Program-made: the position numbers and the translations under genes
In this document: positions 49,025-64,000 of the stretch, piece after piece
How the letters are laid out: each line of letters starts with the position of its first letter
Position numbering within the stretch: the stretch's first letter is position 1
Notes under the pieces: generated by a model
The model's input: only the letters and a program-made list of their open reading frames with translations
The model's database searches: none
Told to the model about the DNA's origin: nothing
NCBI RefSeq assembly: GCF_009914755.1
Contig: NC_060936.1
DNA length: 64,000 nt
Direction: 5' to 3' (one strand)
DNA from: the human T2T-CHM13v2.0 reference genome, Homo sapiens

Positions 49025-49430
49025 TTCATTTGTTGCAAATGATAGGAAAACCCAAGACGAATGGCTTACGTTTAAAAAGATAATGCATTGGCTCACATCA
49101 ATGAGCCTTGCAGAGAGTACATCCTACTGCTTGAGGCATGGCTGGATGTGGACTTACCCCAGATCCTCAGGATTCTCTCCCTTTCTTTCCATTTGAGGAA
49201 GCTGAAACCACAAAAGGCCTGTCTGGGGCAGCTGGAGCCAAGGATGCCACAGTAATGAGAGCAGAAGGAACACGCTGTCACTTTTCCCTTTTCCTCTCCT
49301 CCAGCGGCTCACTGGTGCCTTCCACTGGCTGACCCTGCAGTCTGGGACATGCAGCTGCACGGCTCAGAGCAGAGCAGATCAGGGGAACGAAAGGAGTGGG
49401 TATGAGGGCAAACAAGCAACCACCAGCATA
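49025..49430 (+). mobile_element. MLT1-like (ERVL-MaLR) LTR remnant
   Basis: TTGTTGCAAATGATAGGAAAACCCAA...TTGGCTCACAT...AGGCATGGCTGGAT resembles the recalled MLT1I/J/K starts. Confidence 0.5.
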
Positions 49431-50639
49431 AATACCTTTCTCAAAGTCCCACAACAGTAAGTGGTGGAGCCTGGCCTTGAACCCATAGCTGGGGCTTTGA
49501 ATCCTGCCCCTCCACGCAGCAAGGAGGCATAAAAGTGCATTTCAGTCTGAGGCATCTGAGTGAGCCAAGGCCAGCTGGGAAAGTCTGGAAGGTGTATGGA
49601 AGTAGCAGAGAATTTATTTGGGCCGCAGTGTTAAGGTGCTTACAGAAGAACAGTGGCAAATAGGAGTACATGTTGCATAAAGCCTAGAGGACTGGGCTGG
49701 AGTTTGGTTTTTGTTCAGGATGCAAAAGGAAAGTTACCAAAAGAAAAGGAAAAGTTAAGGTAAGTTATAGCTATAAAAATGTCAGAAACAGGAAAAAAAA
49801 AACTTGGACTCACCTCAAATAAAATCAAGATACAAAATGAAATAATTCTAAAGAGCAAAAATTACAATACCATAAAGAGTTGATTTGTTTCCTAATTTTT
49901 GTATGGTTGCCATCCTGGATACTGATAACAGAAATCAGGAATGAACATTCCTTTATTCCTTCAAGTGAAAACCTACTATGAGCTGGGGACTGTGCTGGAG
50001 TTTTAGAGGATGGCAACATGAACCATTTGTTGGGCTTTTCTAATATTTCTCTTGTCTTTTGAAGTGCAGGTGAGCGCCCCATGTCATGACCTTTTGTCTG
50101 AAAAGAGATCTGAGGCGTACAGAAAGTACGTTGAAAGGTTGTTCACTTTGTACTCTTTGTGTGGTTTTAAATCTCAAGGTTATATGCTCTGGTTGGCTTT
50201 GTCTGAAGTTAAATGGCCTGACTTGCAAATAATATTGATGGAATGTGCACAAAAAAAGAAGTGACCACAAAGACAGAAAATGTCTCTGGGTGAGGGCAGT
50301 AAACTGGGAGATTTTTGCATGTTTCTTGGGGTAAGACTGACTAGTTATTAAGCCCCTTGATGCTTCTATTTTTAAAATCACAAACTGATAATACTTGCCA
50401 TGTAATCACAAGTATATCATTCACATCTTCTACAATACAGATGTAGAATGCCTGATTTGGAATCATACAGTAGGCATATCAAAAAGGAACACTATATATT
50501 ATATAAACTGGACATCTGCAGATGGCTAACTTCATCATTTTGAATCAACAAGCAGCGAGTTCACATACATGTATCCCTAGGTAGTTGAAAAATTTAGTCC
50601 AACCTCCCCCATAACCTAAAACTTATGTAACCAATTTAT

Positions 50640-51260
50640 TTATTTATTTATTAAACATTTGTTTAGCACCTGCTATCTTCCATAAATTCAACAAAGATTT
50701 ATTAATTGCCTATATGTGTTCAGCTATGTCTAATGGTGAACAAAATAAAAATGGGTTGACCCCTCATGGAGCTTACACTCTAATGGAAGTGGCATCTACA
50801 CCTGTGGTTTGGTGCAGATTGTGCTGTGAAAAACCTCATTCTTTAGCAGGGACGACAGACTTATAGTCAGCACAGCTGCAAACACAATGTGATGAGTGCA
50901 TGAAAGTGTGCTTTGGGAATGAGCGGTGATCTCTCTGAGTGCCCAGGCAAGGCTTTTCCAAGAAGCGAATGCAATAGCTGGACCTCAAAAGAAGAGAAGG
51001 AGCTTCTGGACATTTGAAGAAATACATTTTAAGTTGAAGGAGTGACAGGATGCTGAGACATGGAAATGGGAAACAGCATTCACAGTTTAGAATGTGGGGC
51101 TTTGAAGGTGTGGGAACAGTGGTCAAACCAAGTCATGTGTAGCCTTGTGGGCCACGTGATGGAGTTTGGGTTTAGTGGGAGGCATATGGAGGTGGTTGAT
51201 GAATGTGAAACAGAGGAATGACATGAATGGGTGTGCCCTTTAAGAAACCATCTACAAGCA
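50640..51260 (+). mobile_element. L2 remnant
   Basis: AAACATTTGTTTAGCACCTGCTAT, CCCTCATGGAGCTTACA and GCCTTGTGGGCCACGTG..GGAGTTTGG are L2 phrases. Strand is as read, and the true L2 sense may be opposite. Confidence 0.55.
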
Positions 51261-51500
51261 CTAAAACTCCAGGAACTACGATCAACGTAAGTTGGCCATT
51301 CTCTGGGTGGGGGTGGGTGGGGGTGTGTGTATGAGAGAGGAGTCTAGGAGGCTCTCACACTTCTGTCTGTTTGCAGCAGCCTCTATTTGACCTCCAGACT
51401 CCAGACTTTTCATACTAAACACGTTATGCAGGCCACAACCAGGTCTATCTTCTTTGAACATATCTTTTGCCATGTAGCATCTTCACTCCAAAATTTTGAG

Positions 51501-51808
51501 TGTTTTTTTTGGTTTTTTTGTTTTTTCCGAGATGGAGTCTCGCTCTGTCATCCAGGCTGGAGTGCAATGGCACCATCTCGGCTTACTGCAACCTCCCCAT
51601 CCCTGGTTCAAGCTATTCTCCTGCCTCAGCCTCCTGAGTAGCTGGGACTACAGGTGCCCGCCACCACACCCAGCTAATTTTTGTATTTTTAGTAGAGACA
51701 GGGTTTCACCGTGTTACCCAGGATGGTCTTGATCTCCTGTCCTCGTGATCCACCCTCCTCAGCCTCTCAAAGTGCTGGGATTACAGGCGTGAGCCATTGC
51801 ACCTGGCC
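51501..51808 (-). mobile_element. Alu (Sc/Y-like) inserted in L2
   Basis: Full antisense Alu; TSD AATTTTGAGTGTTT. Confidence 0.93.
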
Positions 51809-52089
51809 AATTTTGAGTGTTTCTTACACCACAAATGTGAATTTTTGAACTTCCTTTGAAAGATCTTCATTGAGTTTTAAAATCCCCTACTCATCTGAAC
51901 ACTCCTGTTCTCACTGTTAAACAAACATTCTGTCCTCTTTCATCTCAGTGCCCTTGCTATCTTCTTGCTAGGTATCCTAAGTGCACCAACCTCCAAGACT
52001 AGTTTAAACCTCATCGCCTTCATGCGGCCTTCTGACCACTTCATGCCTACCTGCTCCACTGTACCCTCATCTATTGTAGCTTGGAGCTA

Positions 52090-52245
52090 AGTGCATAATA
52101 CTAGACTATAATAAGCTTCTCCAGGCAAAGAATTTTTGTCTATTTTGTCCTCTACTATATTCACACACTAAGAATAGTGCTTGGAAGATAAGTAGGTATT
52201 TGACAAACATTTGTTGAATAAATGAATGAATGAATGAATGAATGA
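52090..52245 (+). mobile_element. L2 3' end with (TGAA)n tail
   Basis: CTAGACTATATAAGCTTC...AACATTTGTTGAATAAATGAATGAATGAATG. Confidence 0.8.
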
Positions 52246-53091
52246 CTATGAAGTCCTTTATAAAAATTTAACAAAGAAAACACTATCAAGAATAAAACAC
52301 TTAGTAAATCTGATCATGCATTGAGTCAACAAGCATGTACTGAGTGAATGCTATGTGACAAGCATTGTGATAGCTTCCGGGTATTCAAAAAAATAATTAG
52401 ATTTGGAGTTCATCCTCAAAAAGTTCACAGTGAGAACAAAATCATTGTCCTACAGAATCAAATTCTGGTGAATATTTACATTTTCACACACATTAAAAAT
52501 CAGTAGGGAACAATATAACCAGTACATTTTTGTTAAAAAGAAAACAAGAATTTTATGTCCTTTAGATTTCAACATTTTAAAAGTCTGATAATACCAAAAC
52601 TTGATGAAGATGGGTAGCAACAGCAACCTTCAAACATGGCTAGTGGGAAGGAAAATTAGATGCTTTCTAATTTTGGAGTGCTTTCTCAGTTATTTAGTAA
52701 AGGTGAAGATGTGTGTATAAGACAATCCAGCAATTTCAGTCCTACATAGAGAAACTCTCAGATGTGTGCACATGGAGACATGTACAATCATGCTAATTAC
52801 AGCACTGTTTAAAATGAACAGCTAGAAAACAACCGAAATGTCCCATCAATAGCAAAAGGGATAAGTAAATTATGATTGTATCCAGAAATGGAATCTTCTG
52901 AAAGTGAAAATAAATAAACTCGAGCTATAATTATTCACATAACTCAATCTCATAAATATATTGAATGAAAAACAAGTTGTAGAATGATAATTCAGCAAGA
53001 TCCTATTTCTGCAAAGTGTAAACATAGAAAATAATACAATATGTTATTTGTGGCTTGATATATATGTAATAAAAGTAAAAAATATGCCTGA

Positions 53092-53204
53092 TAGGGTGAC
53101 TAACCATCCCGGTTTGCCTAGGACTTTCCCTGTTTTAGCTCAGAAAGTCCTGTATCTCGGGAAACTCCTCAGTCCCAGACAAACCAGGACAGTTGGTCAC
53201 CTTA
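53092..53204. mobile_element. MER81-like (hAT-Blackjack) MITE inside an old L1ME fragment (~52540-53340)
   Basis: Terminal inverted repeats TAGGGTGACTAACCATCC...GGACAGTTGGTCACCTTA; 113 bp. Confidence 0.8.
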
Positions 53205-56200
53205 CCTGAAAAAGATAAACACTAAGCCTAGAATGGTGGTTACTTCTTGAGGAAGTGAAGGAAATGGGATTGGACAAGGTTATACTGGGTATAATTCAGC
53301 TGAATTTGTAATGTTCTATTTCTTAAGCTGGATTATGAGTATGTGAGTGAGACAATTCAATGCATTCCGATTGGGAGCACAGATCCGATAGAGTAAAAAT
53401 AAATTAGAAAAAAAAGTGTATCTCAAAGCAGTTATTTATCCATGAACTTAACAGGTTATGGAGAAAGGGCGATCATTTCATCTTTGACCATAACCTTAAA
53501 ACTGCCAAGAGCAAGAGCCACCTCATCTGAGATGTTTCTTTGAGTATTTCTCCCTCCACTCTCACCACCATCCCCTCCCAGTCCTTTCACCTGTACAACG
53601 ATTGCAGAGCTTCTGGAAATACACACACATACACACAGACACACACACGCACTAGGCACTCAGAGCCAACATTCATACAGTAGTTTCCTGAACTACTTGT
53701 AAATGTCTCTTGTCTCTCTTAGCCGAGTTCCCTGAGGGCAGGGTCTGCTTGACACTACCTTCACATTCTGCTGGCAGGAAGGGGAGTGCTCCAGAGCCAG
53801 GGCCCTGAAAGTACTTTACATCATGATTTTACCACTCACTAACTCTGCGATCTTGGGAAAATAACCACACCTCAATGTCCTCAACTATAACATGAGGATA
53901 GCACTCCTTATAAGGCAGATATGAGGACCAAGTAAGAAAATGCTTCTAAAACATTGAGTGTGATGCTTGGGAAATATGCTGAGCCTAATATGGTTGATAG
54001 GTAAAATTTTTTAAAATTAAAAACTAATTCTAAAGTATAGGAACAAAATATATTGCATACATATTTCAATACCATGCAAATTATTTTAAACTGTGATATA
54101 GGATTAAAATAAATCTAGTAAGGAAAGACAGGAGGAATGAGCTTCACATTCTTACCCAACCATCTGTAGAAATATTAAAATTAGAACATTTTTATGACAG
54201 AGAATTGTCATGTTCGTTGAACTGAATTGTGAAAAAAAATGGTCAGGTTCTGTTTAATGTAACTATTCCTATGAGACTAATTAAAGTCTGAAGCTCTGTT
54301 TCTTTTTTTGGAAGCCATGTCTGCTTAAAATGAGCTCTAATTGTCCCTATTTACACACTGACTGCAGAGTGCCCATCCTGCAGCAGACAACTCTGTAATT
54401 AGCTCCATTCAAGAACAAAGCAGTGACCATCTTTCAGCTGCTTTCTGGCTTTTGAGCTTAGGAAGCAAAGAAGAGTTTTTCTGGCTCTCTTGCAAAATGG
54501 AATTTAAATCTGCCACAAGCAATCAGTTGCAAGAATGATAATTGCACAGTTTGTTACAATTGATTTATACAGGCCCCAGGAAAGAATGAAGATCTCCTGA
54601 CTAAAATTGTCAAATGAATAATTAATGATATGTGAAATTTTCCTTCCTTGGGATTTTATTGGCTGCATCTAGAATAAACTGGTAATGCTGACCTATTACT
54701 CATGCAGTGTATAAACCAGCTGATATTTTGGGACTGTCTGTCAATCGCTCTCATAGATATCATCCTCTTGAATAGTCACCATGATCTGCTTCATATTCAA
54801 CATTCTGCACTTCTCAGATGAAGAACTTTCAATGAAAAAAATTAATTGAATTACAACTTGTAAAAGAACAAATGCAAAGGTTAAAATTGTGCTACTAAGT
54901 CCACAAAACTTTTAAGCATCACCAAAATCTTTTACAAAGGAGCATGTGAACCAGATTAGTGCCCCTCCTCCCCCACAACACACACACATGCACATGCTCA
55001 TTCAGCTCAGAGGAAATGGAATGATTCCACTTGGGTGTGTCATACAACTATCTATTTTGCTTGTTTAACCCCATCTATAAGTCTTTTTTATTATGTGAAT
55101 TTAACCCATCTACATTTATTGTGATTACTGATGTATTTGAACTATCTGCCAATTGCTCTGTTTCTATTTTGTCTTTTGCTTCTTTTTTCTCTTTTCTTGC
55201 CTTCTGTTTTCTTCTTTCTCCTTTTTCTTTTCAACAGTTTGCAAACTTTCCATTTCTATCATTTCGATGGTTACATTAAAAATGTTAGTACACATACAAA
55301 ATGCAACTCTTAAATGAAACAAGGAACTTAGCATGCTTGTCTTCTCTTTCAACCCCACCCACCACCATCTTTTCATATTATTATTATCTAGAATGTCAGG
55401 TCCCTCTTGTCTTTAAATAAGGAAAAATAATTATTCCTATTTTTTTGCAGCCCATAATTATTTCTATTTTTTAGTCAGTAATTGTATCCTTCCCCTTTTT
55501 CAAGGATTTATTTCTCCTCCTTTAGTAATTCTGTGGGAGAAGATCTTTGGATAATAAACTAAGTAAGTCTTTGCATGAAGATGTCCATTTCATCCTTACT
55601 TTAAAAAAATTATGCTTACCTTTGTGAATAGGAAATCTCATCACATGATACAAAACTCAAGTAAGCTAAATGTTGTCTCAGTTGGATATAGAATTCTAGA
55701 TTGAATATTGCTTTCCTGAGGCATCGATATCACTCTATTTGTTCTGGCATCCACTTTTACTGATTAGAAATTTTCCATCATTCTGATTGTCACTCACTGT
55801 AGTTTCTCTCTGGTGGCTTTTAAGGATTTTCTCATTCTTCTTAATGTTCTGGTTATTGTGCTTCTACAAGGTGCTTAGAATGGAAATTTTTTAAAAAGTT
55901 GTCCTGCATGGCACTTGATATACCTTTTTACCCTGAAGACTCAGGTCAGATTATAACAATCTGTCTTTCATGTCTCTAAACTTCACTTTCATATTTTCTG
56001 CCACTTTATGTCCCTGGCTGTTTTCGGTGATGCCCCGACTTTCAATCATTAATGCTTTCTTTAACTGAATCCAGTCAACTGCATTCAGACTTTCCAGGAT
56101 TTTTTTTATTGGTACCTTTTCATAACTCATTGTTCTCCATTATAACCACCATTGTTGGATATTCTCTCTTTTATCTCTTTCAAGATTTTAAACATAGTTC

Positions 56201-59101
56201 AAAGTCCTTTGGGGATTGCTGTATTTCTATTTCTTTGGCTATAAAATGTCCTATTTGTTGGGTTTGTTGGATCCCTTTCATGGATTTGGATTAACTCATG
56301 AATTGGTAAGCTTGTGGCCTCAGTCCTCTTTTATTACTTGGAGGACTCTTTTTAAAATCATGATTATAGATTTTTAAATGCAAAAGTATATAAGCTATTA
56401 TTTTGATGTATCTGGGTTGGAAAAAAAGTTCCATGTGCTCTTACTTCTTCACTGTGACTGGAAATTAGCTTATTTGATTAAAAAAATAAAAGTCTGAAAG
56501 AAAAAAATAAAGCAGAAAAAATATATCAAATATGTTTGGATAAAGTTAAATAGGACACAATGAAAAAAATTCACATATAGATTATAGCTCTAGGACATTT
56601 TTATCTAAACTTGAGTTTCTTTGGTTGGATGAGGTGTATTTAAATGCATTGTTTCACATTGTTTCACAAGATAATTGTGAATTATGAAATCACTCACTTG
56701 TTTTTTTTTAAATTCAACAAACATTTATTCAATGCCTCTGCACAGAACTGTATTAAGTATAGTTATACAAAGACCAGCAGGCCCTAGTGTTTTCATCTGT
56801 AAAATGGAAGTATTAGGATAGTCCATGCAAGGTGGTTGTAAAGAGCAGAAATGAAGACTATAAATTGCCTAGCAGACTTCCTGGCATATTGTAGGCATCT
56901 AATAAACGCAATAGTTATTCTCTTTGTCATCATGGAGATCGTGTGAGTTTTGAACACAAACAGGTAAACAGATATTCAAACACACAAACACTTTTAAGAC
57001 ACACACGAACACTTTTAAGACACAAAGAAGGGAGTGATCAACCGTGCTTGTGATGGCTGGGAAGTCTTTGTATAGTAGAAGACACTTGAACTGGGTCCTG
57101 AAGATTGAGTAGGAGTTTGCTAAATGGAAAGTTTAGGGAAAGTGGAAAACCACATTCAAAGACATGGACACTTGACACTTGTATTGCATTCTGGGAGTTG
57201 AAATTGTATTGTATTGCGGGAATTGAAAATACTCAGGGTATGTGGAAGATGTGGGGTGAGCAGAAGCAGGGAAAATGTGTTCGAAGAGGGTAGGCAGAGT
57301 CCAAGAAAAGAGGGAGGGGCATTTCAGTTAGATGCTGCAACAGTTTGGTGGAGAGACGATGAGGGATGCAAGTCAACAAAGATTGTAGGAGTGAAGAGTT
57401 GGGAGAAGACTTCAAAACAGTTGGGAGATAAAATATACAGTACTTGACAGTGATAGAATGTGGAAGTTCGAATGCCAATAAAACCACAGCTGTCGGACTT
57501 GGGCAAGTTACTTAACCTCTCTGGGCATTTGCTTCCTCAACTGTAAACTGGAAATAAAAATAGGACCTACTTCATGGGGTTGTATTAATGATTAAGAAAG
57601 ACAAGATCTGTATAGCATTTTTAAAATCACCTAACTCACAGAAAGTTTCAATAAATAACTATGTGGGATGTGGAGGGTGCTGGAGGAGCCAGTGATGAAG
57701 CCCAGGTTTCTAGCTTAGCAACTGAGAGGTGGCTGCTGCTGCTACTCATGGAGACAGGGACCTCAGAGGAGGAACAGGTTTGCCTCCGAGCTCCTCCCTA
57801 TCAATTAGGAAGAATCAAGCTATTGTTAGGGTCAGCTGGAACAAGCCTCCAAGGAGCTAGGCATCTCCTTCCTTAGACAAACCAGTTCAGAGCTTTCATC
57901 TGTACCATGGCTGTGGGCAAGCAGAATACACAATCCAGGGAGCAAAATGTAGGGCCTAAGACGGAAATGTCCAGGAAGTCCTCGGGAATCTCTGGTCACC
58001 TTACAGCTGTAATGAGAACTGTACTGAAGGCGGCTGAAAAAAAATAGGAGCATTTTAGGAAGCAAGACTAAAAATAGCTATGCTCTGTTTGGAAGCTGAG
58101 AGGAAGAAACCATCCACTAAAGGATCAAACTCGTTATCTTATGATTTTCATTGAGGATTTGTGTAAGTTTCCATTTGCTAATATCATGTCCTCATGTTCA
58201 ACAGTTTTTTAGGCCATATTATTTCATGTCACCCTGTAGTGAAATAATACAGCCTTGTATTATTCTTGTATTATTATTAATACAAGAATTAATGAATTAA
58301 TCATAAAACAAAAATTATTATCTTGTATTATTATTCTTGATGGTCAAGAAGAGATATTATTATCTCCATTTTACAGATGAGAAAACTGAGGCTCAGGGAG
58401 ATATTATTTGCTCAAGTCCTCATAGCCAGAAAATATGTCAGAATCAGGACGAGTGACAAATATTTTGATTTCCAGTTCCTTTCTCTTTCCCTTTCTTGTT
58501 ATTGCTTCTTGATGTGCATCTTATTCGTGGGGAACCCTTCTTCCCATCTCATGATGTCTCTTTCCTATGAAGAACTCTCAGTCAGTTTAACTCCTGGCTC
58601 CTTTCCCTTTTCTCAGCCCACCCCAGGGAGGTAGTAACTTCCTTGATTGGTAAATTTGAGAAGAATTTCACACTTTTTTCTCTTATGGAAGGAGACTGTC
58701 GGACCAGAGAGAAATTCTACTCTGCTCTTCAGTTCTAAAAGGTAAGGGGATAGGACAGCTTTTTGGATTCATTTCTTCCTGGAATTTGGTGCTTAAATCT
58801 CCTAATCTTGTCAGCAGGCTCATTCAGTTACTACCCTAAACTTTGCCCTTCCACCTAGCTTCTGTAATGAATAACGTTGTTATTTTGGTTTCTATCTTTA
58901 GTCATTAGTTTATTTCCCAAATTGCTCAGAACCTGGACAGAGAAGGGTCCTATTCATTGGGGGTTCCCTTGGAGACCTCCTACATATCTGCAATACTCTA
59001 GAGAGTTTAGAAATAAGAATGAAGTATGAGTTCAAACAATCATGGCCAGATATGACAGTAACCACAGGAAGTGTTACATGACTCAGAAAATATGTTAGAC
59101 A

Positions 59102-59569
59102 TGGGAAAGGAAAATATCTTGGGCCCATATCACTAAGCTAAAGAGAGAATTCAAGCTGGGAACTGCTTAGGGCACCTGCCTCCCATTCTATTCAAAGTTT
59201 TCCCTCTGCTCACTGAGATAAATGCACGTCTGATTGCCTCCTTTGGAAAGGCTAATCAGAAACTCAAAAGAATGCAACGGTTTGTCTCTCACCTACCTGT
59301 GACCTGGAAGCCGCCTCCTAGCTTCCTCCACGTTTCCTGCCTTTGCTTTGAGTTGTCCCACCTTTCCAGACCGAACCAATGTACTTCTTACATATACTGA
59401 TTGATATCTCAGGTCTCCGTAAAATGTATAAAACCAAGCTGTGCCCCAAACCCCTTAGGCACATGTCGTCAGGACTTCTGGAGGCTGTGTGGCGGGTGCA
59501 TGTCCTCAACCTTGGCAAAATAAACTTTCTAAATTAACTGAGACCTGTCTCAGATTTTCTGGGTCCACA
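59102..59569 (+). mobile_element. MER4A-like ERV1 solo LTR
   Basis: TG...CA ends; 4-bp TSD GACA at 59098-59101 and 59570-59573; TATAAAA ~59427; AATAAA ~59519; MER4-type start TGGGAAAGGAAAATATCTTGGG. Confidence 0.88.
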
Positions 59570-59777
59570 GACATTAACATAAGTTAGCTTGGAGAAGCGA
59601 CTTATGGTATAAGTAGCAATTAATAGATGAAAATGCTGAAAAAGAAACCCATTTTCTTAGGAGAAAAATCAATGGACTAGATAACAAATTAACCTCTATT
59701 CACTGCTTAGGTCTCTAGGAGAAAAATAAAATCCATATAAACCAAGTATGCAGTAGTTGTAAGAAACAGCATCATAA

Positions 59778-60115
<338 letters not shown>

Positions 60116-60200
60116 CTAAGATGAAGCATAAGTTTTGGGGAAAAACCAGTTTCTATGGAATAATCTTAGACATGAGCTTCTTTCCTTAAAAAAGCATCTT

Positions 60201-60513
<313 letters not shown>

Positions 60514-61639
60514 TTAACTTTATCCAAATTTTTTTTGTGTGTGCTTACTTTATGCCAGACTTTATACATAAAAACCTACGCAAACACACACGTGAAAAGA
60601 GAATGTGGTTCCTCATGGAAGAAAAAAGTTGAACAAATTTCTCAACTGAGAATAAAGATCTTGTAGTCAGACCCTTCGTTTTGCACCAGGGCTAGAGAGC
60701 CCAGGAAGGTGTATCTGCAGATCCTAGATCTTGGGGATGGTTGGTTCAAATGTTAGTATGCCAGACTCACTCTTGTTCAGGTCAGAATAGCTACCATATA
60801 ATGAATCCCCGAGGTAGAGAAGCAGCTTGCTATCTTTCTGGATCTTTCCAGCTCTCCTGCTTCTCCCCTAGAACTGTCGATGTGTGTGGTTAATGGTTTA
60901 TCCCTTGCTTACTGTGTCTGAGCCTCTGACAAGGATGTTCACCTTGGGGATGCTTATTTGCAAAGAATCTCTACTGAGTTTCTGTCACTTTTTTCATCTA
61001 CTAATGAAGTAACTTGAGACTAGCAATATATCTCATTCTAGAAACTTGCATGGAAGATGGTGTGATGTACATACAGTACCTATTTCAAAATAGAAATGTC
61101 ACAATGCATCTGGTACTTCAAAGAGTGACTTTTGTTTTCTACTTTGGATTTTTGCTTGGATGCTCCTAAACATGACGTATAAACTCTTCTACCAGGGTCT
61201 AAGCTTCCCAGAGGCAGGAGTTGTATCTTACAAATCTATGTACCTCTTCCAGTGGTATGCATACAGATTGTGCTCAAAAAATACTTATTAGATGAAAGAC
61301 TGGTCACATTATTAAGAGAAGAAAGAACTCTAAGCCACCCTGAGATTTACCAGTTAGTCTACTTTATCATCAGGCTTATAATCATCCACAAATGCATTCA
61401 TAGGCAGAAGAAAGATGGTGTCCTGGAGGGAAAAATACTTTCAGCAACAGGGATGTTAAAAGTTTGCAGGTCAACTTTAAATCATGTCCTTTTGGCTGCA
61501 AACAAAAGAATCCTTTAGTGCAACTAATCTAAAAATATTTCTATTTGTCAGAAATACCTTAATTTTATTAGGATTACTGGTCAATGTTAAAGAATGGTTT
61601 TATAGTTCTTGGTAAATATCACTAACTGCTATTAAACGT

Positions 61640-61782
61640 CTTTTCTCTTTCCTTCCTTCCTTCCTTCTTTCTTTCTTTCTTCTTACTTTTTCTTTTCTCT
61701 GTCTCTTGCTCTCTCTGTCTCTCTCTATCTCTCTCTGTCTCTCTCTCTCTTTCTTTGTTTGTTTGTTTGTTTTTTTTTTTTT
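61640..61782 (+). repeat. Compound pyrimidine microsatellite (CCTT/CTTT/CT/GTTT/T) forming an Alu tail
   Basis: Read directly. Confidence 0.9.
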
Positions 61783-62362
<580 letters not shown>

Positions 62363-62723
62363 TGAATGTCTTTTCTTGATTTCCAATGCCACTGGTAGGG
62401 TTAAGAACTTGTCTTTCCTAGTACCTCTCCCCTTCTTCAACTCTGGGTAGTCTCTGTGTAGTAAAATATACATATTTAACTAAGAAATAAAACATGCTAT
62501 TTTGTTGTTCTTTTTATTCTCATTTCCTTGACGACTACTGTGGCTGACAAGTTCTATTCATGTCCTTTGCTCATTTTTATTCCTACCCGTCTTAGTGGTC
62601 CTTTTGCTAATTGGCATACTCGTTATTACATAAGGGTAAAATATATTAATCCTTGCCTTTGCCCTTGTTGAGTATATATTTCCCAGTCTATCTTGTGTGT
62701 GTATGTGTGTGTGTGTGTGTGTT

Positions 62724-63016
62724 TTGTTTGTTTATTTTGAGACAGAGTCTCGCTCTGTCACCTAGGCTCAACTGTAGTGCCATCACAGCTCATTGCAGCC
62801 TCAACCTCCTGGGTTTATGTGATCCTCCTACCTCAGCCTCCTGACTAACTAACTGGGAGTACAGGGCATCATGTCCCACTGACTTTTGTATTTTTTGTAG
62901 AGACGGGGTTTCTCCATGTTGTCCAGGCTAGTCTTGAACTCCTGAGCTCAAGCGACCCTTCCACCTCGGCCTCCGAAAGTGCTGGGATTACAGGCGTGAG
63001 CCACCATGCCTGACCT
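62724..63016 (-). mobile_element. AluJ-like SINE preceded by (TG)n, within ancient L1 remnants
   Basis: GAGACAGAGTCTCGCTCTGTCACC...CCACCATGCCTGACC; (TG)n at 62695-62721. Confidence 0.9.
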
Positions 63017-64000
63017 ATCTTTTGTTTGGTTATGTATTTTTATATGAAGGTGTTTTAAATTGTGTGCAGTGAAATCTCTTAACTCTTACGACTTCTTCAG
63101 TTACTCCCAAGTTTGAAAAGTTACACTGCCCCTAGAAATTTGACAAATATTTATTTTATTTTCTCTTGTTCTTTTAGGGTTTGATTTTTAAATATAAAGT
63201 CTTCATCCACTTGAAATGCATTGGGATGAATGTGTGACATAATGACTTTTCTGCCAAATATCTAACCAAGTATTCTAACACCATTGATTGAATTATTCTT
63301 CTCTTCCACATTATTTCGTGGTGCCTTTTTGAAAAAATAGACATGAAATTATTATATATAATCCAGTCTATATCTCTTATAGACCCTACTGTGATCTCTG
63401 TTCTTGGAAGACTATTTCAGTTATTGCTTTGGAATTTTCTACAATGTGGAACTCTTCACCATCATTTGTCCACCCTACCAAGAACACATATACTGACTTT
63501 TTAAAGTTAATTACTATTCATCTTTGTTCATGTAAACTTTAAAACATTTTCCTTTTCTTTTTTCCCCCATTGGAATTTCATTTGGGAGCCATTAATCCAT
63601 AAGTGAGTTTGTGAAGAACTGACATCTTAAGACGTTTCTTAAGTTTTCCAGTCTGGCATACCCTCCCATTAATCAAAGATTGATTAATGGAACTCAATTT
63701 TGACTCTCTCAGTAAAGTTTTGGGTTTTCTTTATAGAGGTCACGCACATTTCTTGTAAAAAATTACTCCCAGGTACTTTGCTACTTTATCTTTTTCTTGC
63801 TGCTGCAGCTGGAATCTCCTTCTCATTATATTTCCTAATTGCTTCTCAGTGGTATGTAGAAATGCTACTGATTTGCACAAAATGCATTTAGCTCTTATTC
63901 AGCCTTTTAATTTAAATTTTTATTTTTTTTACTACGTGTCCTATCTTTTGTCAAGGAGAAGCATTCATGAGAAGAATGTTTCTGTATCATTTACAAAATT

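Overview
Primate genomic DNA, most likely human (Alu, L1PA and HERV content). The + strand carries the last five coding exons and long 3' UTR of GAS2L3; the splice phases join into one frame of 593 codons plus stop. Downstream is a full-length but defective HERV-E provirus on the - strand (30505-46028, LTR2-type LTRs, tRNA-Glu PBS, ATCT TSD). A full-length dead L1PA with a duplicated 3' end interrupts its integrase. The rest is mostly repeats: a near full-length old L1MA, many Alus, L2/MIR/L1ME remnants, MITEs and a MER4 solo LTR. I found no convincing wholly new biological system. The best second-look items are a tailless 44-nt U5 snRNA retrocopy with a 17-bp TSD, the chimeric-looking L1 3' duplication, an inverted-Alu hairpin in the GAS2L3 3' UTR interleaved with poly(A) signals, a miR-652-like MER91 hairpin containing a CTCF core, and an octamer motif kept in only one LTR. 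Family and subfamily names come from recalled consensus sequences, not database searches. Boundaries of old repeats are approximate.
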